64,000 nt of DNA, taken from positions 1 through 64,000 of the IMG/VR virus record IMGVR_UViG_3300020316_000005; one strand, 5' to 3'. Shown in pieces: positions 27,957 through 36,166 of the stretch. Position 1 is the first letter of the stretch. Each line of letters starts with the position of its first letter. Position numbers and translations under genes: made by a program. The notes under the pieces were generated by a model. That model ran no database searches and was not told the DNA's origin. It saw only the letters and a list, made by a program, of their open reading frames with translations. Source of the stretch: a virus. Lineage: Duplodnaviria > Caudoviricetes.

Positions 27957-30079
27957 GCGAAGGAGTTGAGCATACGCTTGTTAGCAGACTTGCCCCTATT
28001 CATTTTTTTGAATGCAGTACGGATCTGACTGGTGGTTGCTTCTTCATCCAACTTGTCAAGTTCACCTCCAGTTTCCTGAGTATTAGCAGGAAGAACATAG
28101 AGAGCATCATAGGGGGAGTTCTTAATTTCATAGAACTTCTCCTTCTTGAACTTGCTGTGAACAGCGTTGACATCCTCAGTCATATACTTCATATAGTGAC
28201 AGTTCCACAGATAGTTACGAACGTCACGAGGAGCACAGAGACGGAACCCAAGCAGTGAGACCTGAGGGAACACATCCTTGAGGTTCTCTAGGAAGATGTT
28301 GACCTGCTCAAGGGGGTTCTCCATCTTGCGGTAGATCTTACCAGTCTTGCGGTCACGAAGTTGTGCACGACGACCGTACATATTCTCGTAGACACGTCCA
28401 CCAAGGTAGTCGCTCTGAGAGAAAATAGATGCAGGACTGGACTCACCATCAGTAAGGATCGTGACAGAGCACTTCTGGAGAGCGTGACGCTTCACAAACC
28501 CAGGGATGATCGAATGTAGTGCACTGATAGTTTCGATCAATGGAGTGCCTGAGAGGGACAGTCCAGGAGTTGTGTTGAATGAATAGTAACGACCCCAGGT
28601 TGCGGTGTTACTGGAAACCGAACCAGCGTTCCTCCAGAGGCACAGTGCTTGACGGTTGAACTCCTTAGTTGTGCATTCTGAGGAGAGCATCTCTAGCAGA
28701 GCGAATCCAGAACCGAATGCGATACGACCAGCGACACGATCAAAACGATCATTCATAGATCCGTCCATCTGATTGAATGCACCCCAAGCATATGAAAAAG
28801 CAAGAACCTTGAATGGGATGTTTACCTTGCGGCAGAACCAAGTAAGTTGCAACACTTGCTTGACAGTATCCATAAGGCAGTTGGACATAGAACCAGACCA
28901 GTCCAGGATGAAGATCATCCCGTGATTCTTACCATCAGGAACAACGTTGATACGCTTGAAGATGTCATCGTTGTACTTGTAAGTGTGGAGTTTAGCAGTG
29001 TCAAGAACACCAGTACGAGCACTGCTTGTACGAGCATATGCATCTGCTGCCTTACGACACTCAAACTCTTTGACCAAGAAGTTGACTTCCTGCTGTGACT
29101 TCTTTTGGAACTCTTTGAAATCTACAGCAGACTTATCAATGTCAGCAACGATCCATTCGGGTTGATCTTCCCTGGTAAAGTTCAACTCAGATTGCTCAAC
29201 AATCTTTTTCCAACCAACAACAAGTTGGTCTTCGTTGACAACAGGGATCTCAATATACTCAGTATCGTGCTGATACTTTTCATTGTTGATCAGATCCTTA
29301 AGACGCTCAGTGAGTGCCTTGTCCGTGTTTGCCTCTAGTGGATCATTACCACCTTGATTGTTTTCGATCTCAAGATCTACATCTTCATAATCTTGATCGA
29401 ACTTAGACTCAGCATCATCTGACTCCTCTTCAGAGTTTTCGGAATCAGAACTACTTTCAGTAGGAACAGTCTCGCCCTGAACTTGACCGTCTTCCTGCTG
29501 CTCAGGTTTGATGTCAATCTTCTGCTTCTCTTTCTCCTCTTGCTGCTGCTTCATAAATGCATAGACTTCTTCTGCAACAGCAACTGCTTGCTCAAAGGTC
29601 TCAGCAATTTCAGTTGCTCTGACGAATGCCTGCTCCTCAGGAGTGAAAGGAATATTGCGATAGTTGCCAATCTTAAAGTGAAGATTGATACGGTCAATCA
29701 GATTGATCTCTGCAATCTTGTCACCTACACAGAAGAAGTCTTCATCGTTAAGTTCTTGGTAACCTTTGAAGAAAGTCTTGGGCAGACCTTGGTAACGACG
29801 CTTCATCAACTTTTCGATACGAGCATCTTCAGTCACATTGACGAATGACTGAGGGCACTTGAATTTTTGCCACTCTGTAGGAGTGTAGAGAGCGTGACCA
29901 ACCTCGTGAGATACCAGCAGGTCATAGACATTCTCAGAAGCACGATCCCAGACGGGAAGTGTGAGAACACGACGCTGTACGTCGAACGCTGCAGTTTCAC
30001 ACTGCCTGTGCTCAATGATAAGGTCCTCAGTTGCAAGCAACTTAGCGAGTGTGCCTTTGACTCCTGTGTTTACTGTCAT
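27941..30079 (-). CDS. Zincin peptidase-like plus vWA domain protein (CobT-like partner)
   Basis: HEVGH and EDARIE; acidic linker; MIDAS DWSGS, GTP, TDGE. Confidence 0.85.
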   Translation of the reverse strand: MTVNTGVKGTLAKLLATEDLIIEHRQCETAAFDVQRRVLTLPVWDRASENVYDLLVSHEVGHALYTPTEWQKFKCPQSFVNVTEDARIEKLMKRRYQGLPKTFFKGYQELNDEDFFCVGDKIAEINLIDRINLHFKIGNYRNIPFTPEEQAFVRATEIAETFEQAVAVAEEVYAFMKQQQEEKEKQKIDIKPEQQEDGQVQGETVPTESSSDSENSEEESDDAESKFDQDYEDVDLEIENNQGGNDPLEANTDKALTERLKDLINNEKYQHDTEYIEIPVVNEDQLVVGWKKIVEQSELNFTREDQPEWIVADIDKSAVDFKEFQKKSQQEVNFLVKEFECRKAADAYARTSSARTGVLDTAKLHTYKYNDDIFKRINVVPDGKNHGMIFILDWSGSMSNCLMDTVKQVLQLTWFCRKVNIPFKVLAFSYAWGAFNQMDGSMNDRFDRVAGRIAFGSGFALLEMLSSECTTKEFNRQALCLWRNAGSVSSNTATWGRYYSFNTTPGLSLSGTPLIETISALHSIIPGFVKRHALQKCSVTILTDGESSPASIFSQSDYLGGRVYENMYGRRAQLRDRKTGKIYRKMENPLEQVNIFLENLKDVFPQVSLLGFRLCAPRDVRNYLWNCHYMKYMTEDVNAVHSKFKKEKFYEIKNSPYDALYVLPANTQETGGELDKLDEEATTSQIRTAFKKMNRGKSANKRMLNSFARTVA

Positions 30080-30252
30080 AACCCCTTTGTTTGTATATAC
30101 AAAGTATAAGACCCCTGGCGGTTGCCTGGGGTCTTGAGTAGACAGTTTTTCAAGTGTCTACGGCGTTGTTTACTTGCTCGGAGTCGTCCCTTACAAGTGC
30201 CCTTGCCGTGTCTCTCTTTCTTGGAGTGGTGTTGCCAGTTGGGGATATTCAT
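30076..30252 (-). CDS. Small basic hypothetical protein (58 aa, not in ORF track)
   Basis: MNIPNWQHHSKKERHGK...; ATGA overlaps at both ends. Confidence 0.6.
   Translation of the reverse strand: MNIPNWQHHSKKERHGKGTCKGRLRASKQRRRHLKNCLLKTPGNRQGSYTLYIQTKGL
30103..30161 (-). promoter_or_regulatory. Early-type promoter: perfect dyad GTAGACA-N10-TGTCTAC, 29 nt, TATACT
   Basis: Perfect inverted repeat; the spacer also forms an AAGACCCC/GGGGTCTT hairpin. Confidence 0.65.
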
Positions 30253-30818
30253 CTCGCATTGAAAGCAATCGAAATTCTAGGAGTATTTATTCGAGACTTT
30301 ACAGTTTTGTGTTCCAACCAAGACGGGAACAGGACTAGCGTACGTGGTGTGGCAGGAAAGTGTCTACCCTCTTCAGTTCCCCACATACACATCTTTGAAT
30401 ATGGATTTGGATTATTGAATACGATACCACCGTGCTGATCGGGTATTGTATTGTGATAGTACACCCCAGACATCCTTGAATGTGCGTGAGTGTGTGCTAT
30501 TTGAAAACTGTCACCTGTGGATGCATTGACCCAAGATTGATGAATTAGTGCAGAAGGTTCACCAATAACATCACAGCAAGTATAGATCCAATCTACTAAC
30601 TCTGGAAGTTCATACTTCCGAAACAGTTGTAATGAATTCATCCCTTGATGAGAACCTTGTATGATTCCTTGTGATGCACCTTCAGAGACGTGAGATAAAA
30701 TATCTGGATCGTCAAGTGGTATCGACTCAATCTCAGAATCGATCTTAGGATTACTATGATTGAAAACGTAAATGTTAACTGGGAACAGTTCGACTTTTAC
30801 TTTAGAAGTTGGATTCAA
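30249..30818 (-). CDS. 2OG-Fe(II) oxygenase-like protein (TIGR02466 type)
   Basis: SWVN...AHTH...SGVYY...LFPSWLEH...RISIAFN; TTG start at 30818 (TTGA overlap) preferred over ATG 30896. Confidence 0.85.
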   Translation of the reverse strand: MNPTSKVKVELFPVNIYVFNHSNPKIDSEIESIPLDDPDILSHVSEGASQGIIQGSHQGMNSLQLFRKYELPELVDWIYTCCDVIGEPSALIHQSWVNASTGDSFQIAHTHAHSRMSGVYYHNTIPDQHGGIVFNNPNPYSKMCMWGTEEGRHFPATPRTLVLFPSWLEHKTVKSRINTPRISIAFNAR

Positions 30819-31396
30819 GAAGTCAGATCTGGCAAATTGGGAAATCTTTGTTCTCGGACGGTTCTGGGTACGCTCATCATAAAACTCACGGTCCATCGTT
30901 CTTCCTCAGTTTCATTGGATCTTACCTCGTGATCTTGGTAACCTGGCCAAAAATACAGATCTCCTTCACGAGGCATCTGACAATGTGTGTATGGCCAGTA
31001 TGGTTTTATCCTGTTGAGTGTCTCTACCTCTGGTGCAGGATGATAGAGAAATAGGTCGCCTGAGTTGCCAACAGGAACATCCAGATAATAGGTACCTGCA
31101 ATATCTGCTTCGGCGTGGTTATGCCGCATTTGGTAACCACCTTTTGGATTGACATTAACCCAACAGTGCGTAACCTCAAGTTCTGGATCAAATAATTCTT
31201 GTTTAGAAAGTAGAAACTCCGCGAAGTCGGGGTATTCTTCGTGGAGTTTCCAGTTGGAATGTATGCTTGACCATCCAGTTCCATAGAAACGTGTGAGGTC
31301 GCAACAGAATTCCTCCCGACGTGCTTTGATTTCTTTTTTGAAATCATCGTGTCGGTTGTATTCACCATTGCTAACGTAAAACGGGATGTCAAACAT
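30815..31396 (-). CDS. 2OG-Fe(II) oxygenase-like protein (TIGR02466 type)
   Basis: CWVN...RHNH...GTYY...WPGYQDHEV...RWTVSF. Confidence 0.85.
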   Translation of the reverse strand: MFDIPFYVSNGEYNRHDDFKKEIKARREEFCCDLTRFYGTGWSSIHSNWKLHEEYPDFAEFLLSKQELFDPELEVTHCWVNVNPKGGYQMRHNHAEADIAGTYYLDVPVGNSGDLFLYHPAPEVETLNRIKPYWPYTHCQMPREGDLYFWPGYQDHEVRSNETEEERWTVSFMMSVPRTVREQRFPNLPDLTS

Positions 31397-31419
31397 ACAT
31401 AACGAGCATCAGATTCCGA

Positions 31420-31492
31420 TGGAGCTTAGGAGACTCGAACTCCTGACATCCTGCTTGCAAAGCAGGCGCTCTACCAACTGAGCTAAAGCCCC
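31420..31492 (-). tRNA. trnA: tRNA-Ala(TGC), CCA not encoded
   Basis: GGGGCTTTAGCTCAGTTGGTAGAGCGCCTGCTTTGCAAGCAGGATGTCAGGAGTTCGAGTCTCCTAAGCTCCA; cloverleaf, G3:U70, TGC anticodon. Confidence 0.95.
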
Positions 31493-33204
31493 TCAGAGAA
31501 CGCTTTTGAAAATCCATTAACCTTTTCAAATGAAATTGTCCTTTCAAATTTATCTAGGAGGACATCTCCCTTATGCGAAATGATAAAGAAGTTTGTGTCA
31601 GCACCTAAAGACTTGAGGATTTTCAGAAGTTCATCGGTTGCCTGATTATCTAGGCTAGAATCAAACACTTCATCTAGGATGAGAAGGTTTGTCGTTACCG
31701 AGTTCTTGATCTTAGCAATATGTCTCCAGGTGAAAAGCAATGAGAGATCAATCTTTTGCTTTTCACCTTCTGAAAACGATGCGTAAGAGAAGGTATCACG
31801 GTGTCGTGATTTAATTACCTCACTGAACTCTTCGTCAAGAGTGAAATTGACGTAGGTGTCCATATCAGCAAGGTACTTGTTGATCCGCTGATTGATAACA
31901 GGAACGTATTTAGAAATAATCTTAGATTTGATCCCGCCGTCTTTCAGCAGAGTTGCAACAAGTTTTAGATCGGAAGATTCTTTAGAAACACCAGAGCAAG
32001 CAATCTCTTTAGTGTTGAAATCATTTTTCAGTTTCTGGAGATACTCTTTCTCTCCCTGAATGTCGGGTTGATTGTTCAACTCTCGAACCTGAGCAATGAT
32101 GTCAGTGTTCTGTCGCATCAAACGTTGTTCTTCATTGAACAAACGCTTCACCTCAAATTGCATCTCGGTGATGTTCTCACATTCCTTACGGAAGTCTGCA
32201 ACAAGTTGATTTGTTTTGTCAATCTCTTCTCTCAACTGCGACACAGCAGTATTGAGTTCTTCCCGTTTAGCACCAAGTTCTTTCATCTTAGTGCTACGAA
32301 GTTCTTCGCCAATGCTTTGAGAACAGGTTGGGCATTGGTCAGTGTTGCTAAAGAACTCGTAATCATTATCGAGTCTTTGTTTCTTAGAACCAATCTTAGT
32401 TCTAATAGTCTGCTGCTTCAGCAACTTGTCTTCTGTTTTCCTGAGGTTGAAAGAACTATCTTCCATAACCTTCAGTTGCTTGTCGAATTCGGAGATCTCA
32501 TTTTTGATCTCAATCATCCGATCTTCGTTCTCAGCAAACTTCTTCTGGAACCAGTTGATCCTGTCTTGGTTTGCACCAGTCAGTTTCTCCAGGTTTCTTT
32601 CCTGAGAGGTGATTGCTTGAGAAGCGAGTTCCAGTTGATGCTGACACTCCTTCAGTGTTTGGTTAGTTTCTTTTACCCGATCCTTTAGCAGGAAATTCAT
32701 CTGGGAGAAGATTTGAATATCGAGAATATCTTCGATAACTTCTCTTCGATGAGCAGCAGACAACTGCATAAAAGGAACAAAAGTTGAACTACCAAGAATA
32801 ACAACTTGAGTGAAAGACTTGTAGTTAAGTTTAAGTATGCTCTGCTCAAGGTACTTTTGATAGTCCCTATTTGCGGCATCTTGATCAATAAGGGATCCGT
32901 TACGGTAAACCTCAAAGACATTTGGTTTGATTCCTCTTACTACCTTGTACTCTACACTACCGATTCTAAACTCAATCTCAACCTGAGTCTCCCGCTCGTT
33001 AACAGTGTTAACAAGTTGTGACTTGGTAATCTTGCGAAACGGTTTGTTGAAGAGACAGAAGCACAAGGCGTCCAGCATAGTGGACTTACCAGCACCGTTA
33101 GATCCCACAATCAATGTGGAGTGAGTAGCGGTTAGATCGATTTCTGTAAACTGATTACCAGTCGAAAGAAAATTTTTCCAACGCAACTTCTCAAAGATAA
33201 TCAT
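31483..33204 (-). CDS. g46: Recombination endonuclease ATPase subunit gp46 (Rad50/SbcC-like)
   Basis: GSNGAGKS, CPTC zinc hook, FSEGE, LILDEVFD. Confidence 0.97.
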   Translation of the reverse strand: MIIFEKLRWKNFLSTGNQFTEIDLTATHSTLIVGSNGAGKSTMLDALCFCLFNKPFRKITKSQLVNTVNERETQVEIEFRIGSVEYKVVRGIKPNVFEVYRNGSLIDQDAANRDYQKYLEQSILKLNYKSFTQVVILGSSTFVPFMQLSAAHRREVIEDILDIQIFSQMNFLLKDRVKETNQTLKECQHQLELASQAITSQERNLEKLTGANQDRINWFQKKFAENEDRMIEIKNEISEFDKQLKVMEDSSFNLRKTEDKLLKQQTIRTKIGSKKQRLDNDYEFFSNTDQCPTCSQSIGEELRSTKMKELGAKREELNTAVSQLREEIDKTNQLVADFRKECENITEMQFEVKRLFNEEQRLMRQNTDIIAQVRELNNQPDIQGEKEYLQKLKNDFNTKEIACSGVSKESSDLKLVATLLKDGGIKSKIISKYVPVINQRINKYLADMDTYVNFTLDEEFSEVIKSRHRDTFSYASFSEGEKQKIDLSLLFTWRHIAKIKNSVTTNLLILDEVFDSSLDNQATDELLKILKSLGADTNFFIISHKGDVLLDKFERTISFEKVNGFSKAFSEGL

Positions 33205-33455
33205 AACGGTGGAACTACAACATCATCTGGATTGATAATCACATAATCATACTCGTGGACTTGGCAGTTTTGGACCACCAGTTCTAGTTCGACTTCTGTG
33301 ATCTCAAGACGGCGACTGAAATCAACCGCCTCAAGCATTAGATTATACCGTTCGGCGTCCTCTTTGTCAACAAAGATTTGTACTGTTTTAACACCAGTGT
33401 CGTCGTTGTTGACAGCGTAGATACCGCCCGTTTTATCGTCTAATAGAATATACAT
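33201..33455 (-). CDS. Hypothetical protein between g47 and g46
   Basis: 84 aa, coupled on both sides. Confidence 0.7.
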   Translation of the reverse strand: MYILLDDKTGGIYAVNNDDTGVKTVQIFVDKEDAERYNLMLEAVDFSRRLEITEVELELVVQNCQVHEYDYVIINPDDVVVPPL

Positions 33456-34501
33456 TAGAGATCTAATGCCTCAACGTAGAGTGATTTTAGAATTGATGTG
33501 ACATTTTTCTTGTCAATCGCCTCTTCCAATCCCTCAACGTAAGTTTCCAGAATAGTCATCGTGTCTTCCATCTTGATGGAATCGTCAACGTCTTCTAATT
33601 CAACGGTGACATCTTCGATGATTTTTAGATCAGCAACGTCAGCATCATTCAATGCTTTGATATACCGATCAAACCAAACTTGGTTTTCTCTATTCTGGAC
33701 GACAACTTTGACGTATGAACCCTTCAGGTTTTTGAAGTCTGGGAGTTCTTCATAGTTATCTTTCACGTCATCATACCATAGTTTATTGAAGATGGTATAA
33801 GGATTCTTGTGGAAAGAAAGAGTCAGAGTGTCAGTATTTAGGATGTGAAAACCACGGGTGTGTCCAAAGTCATTCCAATAAAGTTGGTAAGGATTACCAA
33901 GGTATTGGATGTTACCTTGACGTGATTTCATATGGAAGTGTCCAGAGCAGGTGAGATCAAACTTCTCAAATGGTTCTGGATCCATCCCGTGTTCCATACG
34001 AACTCCAGGGACTGCTTCAAATCCCGTGAGTTCAAGGTGTCCAAGACAGACTTTCGCTTTGCTGTCTGCAACAACATTCATACATTCCTTCTTGTTTTCC
34101 TCACACATCCAGGGAAGAAGAAGGAAGTCCGTCTTGTCAAATTTGGTATGCGTAGGTTGATCAATAACAGTGATGTTATCAAACTCACCCAGCAAGTGAG
34201 ACGGTGCATTTACTTTGACGGTGTTCTTGTAATAGATGTCGTGGTTACCCAGAATCATATACAAGTTGACGCCAAGTTCAGCAAGCGGTTTGAACCACAT
34301 TTGCTTAGCAGCATCAAGAGAAAGAAAGTTGATGCTTTTGCGTTTGTCAAATGTGTCCCCTAAGCAGATAACAGTTTTGATTTTGTTACGCTTAATATAT
34401 GGGATGACTGTCTTGGTGTAAAACTCTCTGTACTTATCAATGAATACCTGATTGTCATTACGGACGCCGAAGTGTTGGTCTGTAATAAGGAGGATCTTCA
34501 T
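33455..34501 (-). CDS. g47: Recombination endonuclease subunit gp47 (Mre11/SbcD-like)
   Basis: TDQHFG, LGDTFD, GNHD, SGHFH. Confidence 0.97.
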   Translation of the reverse strand: MKILLITDQHFGVRNDNQVFIDKYREFYTKTVIPYIKRNKIKTVICLGDTFDKRKSINFLSLDAAKQMWFKPLAELGVNLYMILGNHDIYYKNTVKVNAPSHLLGEFDNITVIDQPTHTKFDKTDFLLLPWMCEENKKECMNVVADSKAKVCLGHLELTGFEAVPGVRMEHGMDPEPFEKFDLTCSGHFHMKSRQGNIQYLGNPYQLYWNDFGHTRGFHILNTDTLTLSFHKNPYTIFNKLWYDDVKDNYEELPDFKNLKGSYVKVVVQNRENQVWFDRYIKALNDADVADLKIIEDVTVELEDVDDSIKMEDTMTILETYVEGLEEAIDKKNVTSILKSLYVEALDL

Positions 34502-34635
34502 CGACTAAGTTCTTCTACGAGTTTACTAGATTTTTCAAGTTGGGCGAGTGCTTTAACGAGTTCAGGAGTTTCTTCCCATTCCCAGTGTTGCTTGTGTTGA
34601 GGATTTGTCTTCTCAATGATGAGTTGCTTTTTCAT
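34498..34635 (-). CDS. Small hypothetical protein (45 aa, not in ORF track)
   Basis: MKKQLIIEKTNPQHKQHWEWEETPEL...; ATGA overlaps at both ends fill the gap exactly. Confidence 0.55.
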   Translation of the reverse strand: MKKQLIIEKTNPQHKQHWEWEETPELVKALAQLEKSSKLVEELSR

Positions 34636-34931
34636 AATTTACCTCCGACAATACCGTCGTTAATGGTGCGTGTGTAATCATCAAGTGATCCATCCTGTAG
34701 ACACTTGAGATGCCATCTAGAAACTGTCAAGACAGCATCATATGTAGCACCTGTGATAAAGTTGGCACCAAGAATTGGTTCCTTCAAAACACTGGTGTAC
34801 ATACCAAAACGTGTCTTCTTAATATAGAAGGCGTTATCGATCCATTCTACATCATCAGGGATCTTCTTTTCAACCGTCGGATTCGGACCCAGAGAGGTCA
34901 GGATCGACTGCTTCTTCTTCACTTCCTGCAT
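34632..34931 (-). CDS. Conserved hypothetical protein
   Basis: Operon-embedded ORF ending VGGKL; start uncertain. Confidence 0.6.
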   Translation of the reverse strand: MQEVKKKQSILTSLGPNPTVEKKIPDDVEWIDNAFYIKKTRFGMYTSVLKEPILGANFITGATYDAVLTVSRWHLKCLQDGSLDDYTRTINDGIVGGKL

Positions 34932-35136
34932 TTTGTTTGTTGAATCCAAATGGTCCTACCTTCTGTTTAGCGCGGTCTTTCATAACAGCACCCGAGAGTG
35001 CTTCCATAACTTTCAGAATGTCTTCTGCTTTTTTTGTGACGCCAAGACGGTCTGCCACAAAGTTATATTTCTGGAAAAACTCGTCGCTAACCAACTTGTA
35101 GTCTTCCACTGTAATAGGTTCGTCCTTCATAGTCAA
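34870..35136 (-). CDS. Hypothetical protein
   Basis: ATGA overlap with the g55 stop. Confidence 0.6.
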   Translation of the reverse strand: MTMKDEPITVEDYKLVSDEFFQKYNFVADRLGVTKKAEDILKVMEALSGAVMKDRAKQKVGPFGFNKQNAGSEEEAVDPDLSGSESDG

Positions 35137-35612
35137 TACCTGTTGTTCATTTCAATTCGAGACTTGATGGAGTTCAATGTAGATGCGTCTCCATCTCCAT
35201 CAGAATGGAAGACCTGATCGTAACCAGACTTTTCAATGATCTTATCTTTAATATCCATCTGTCGCTTCTCTTTAGCAATCCTTCTTAGGAAAGCATAGTA
35301 TACAATCTGTGTGAAATATGCAAATGGGTTTCTGCTCTTTGCAGGATCGAAGTTATCAATATACTGTACACAGTTCTCTACACCATCAGAAATCATATCT
35401 TCCTTGTACATATAGTTAATGAAGTTAGGTCTATATGACAGGTGTGTGGCGATCTTTAGAAAACAGTCACCGATATATTCATCGATACGAGGTTTCTTCG
35501 TACCACGAATTTTAGACAGCTCAACTTTTTCACGGTAAGCAATGATTGCCGCAAGGAACTGTTGGTTATCAACGTAGTGTTGGCTCTTTTTTCTTTCCAT
35601 TAACAAAGGCAT
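35133..35612 (-). CDS. g55: Late sigma factor gp55
   Basis: HYVDN, PNFINY, DMISDG, NPFAYFTQI. Confidence 0.96.
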   Translation of the reverse strand: MPLLMERKKSQHYVDNQQFLAAIIAYREKVELSKIRGTKKPRIDEYIGDCFLKIATHLSYRPNFINYMYKEDMISDGVENCVQYIDNFDPAKSRNPFAYFTQIVYYAFLRRIAKEKRQMDIKDKIIEKSGYDQVFHSDGDGDASTLNSIKSRIEMNNRY

Positions 35613-35637
35613 TTACTTGTACCCGTTTCATAACAAA

Positions 35638-35666
35638 AGTATATCAGAAAACCAAGGACTTGACAA
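35638..35666 (-). promoter_or_regulatory. Sigma70-type promoter for g55, TTGTCA-N17-TATACT
   Basis: Near consensus, 17 nt spacer. Confidence 0.7.
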
Positions 35667-35688
35667 GACCTAATAATTTAATTATACT
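35660..35688 (+). promoter_or_regulatory. Antisense sigma70-type promoter TTGACA-N17-TATACT
   Basis: Perfect -35, 17 nt spacer, 5/6 -10; points into minus-strand genes. Confidence 0.65.
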
Positions 35689-35715
35689 CAACACTGTCAG
35701 GGTTGGAAAGAGACA

Positions 35716-36162
35716 TTAGCTATTATCTGAGTTAAACAGATCTTCTAACATCTTTCTGTGTTGGTCAACTTTACCAAGGAACCCCATTGAGTCGTTTAGA
35801 TCGCGGGCGTCTTTGGATGCTGCTTTGACATCGGTTCCTCCGCCCAGTTCGGTTCTGACAAAATACTTATACATCAACATCGCCTCGTGGGACATCGGCG
35901 CGATGGTGACGATTCTATCTTGAGGGATAATAAAGAAGTCTTCATCAGAGAAGACCATCCATTTTTTCAATCCAACAGCAACTGCTCTCTTCTCATCTTT
36001 CATTGTCTCAGTTGCGTGAACCTTTGCAGGGTCCTGCACAAATGCTACGTGTGTACCTTCAGATTCTTCAACTACAATAGTGCGAGCGAGTACCTCTTCA
36101 CCGTTCGTCAATTTGAGAACGCCAAAGAACTCTTCATCAGGTCTTACATAGTTTAGAGACAT
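35716..36162 (-). CDS. Conserved hypothetical protein (Sm-like fold candidate)
   Basis: GVLKLTNGEEVLA...KKWM; position between uvsW and g55. Confidence 0.75.
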   Translation of the reverse strand: MSLNYVRPDEEFFGVLKLTNGEEVLARTIVVEESEGTHVAFVQDPAKVHATETMKDEKRAVAVGLKKWMVFSDEDFFIIPQDRIVTIAPMSHEAMLMYKYFVRTELGGGTDVKAASKDARDLNDSMGFLGKVDQHRKMLEDLFNSDNS

Positions 36163-36166
36163 ACGT

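Noticed and set aside
30138-30161. Possible NtcA site (GTA...TAC)
   Set aside because: Spacing is N18, not the N8 of NtcA boxes; treated as the separate dyad motif.
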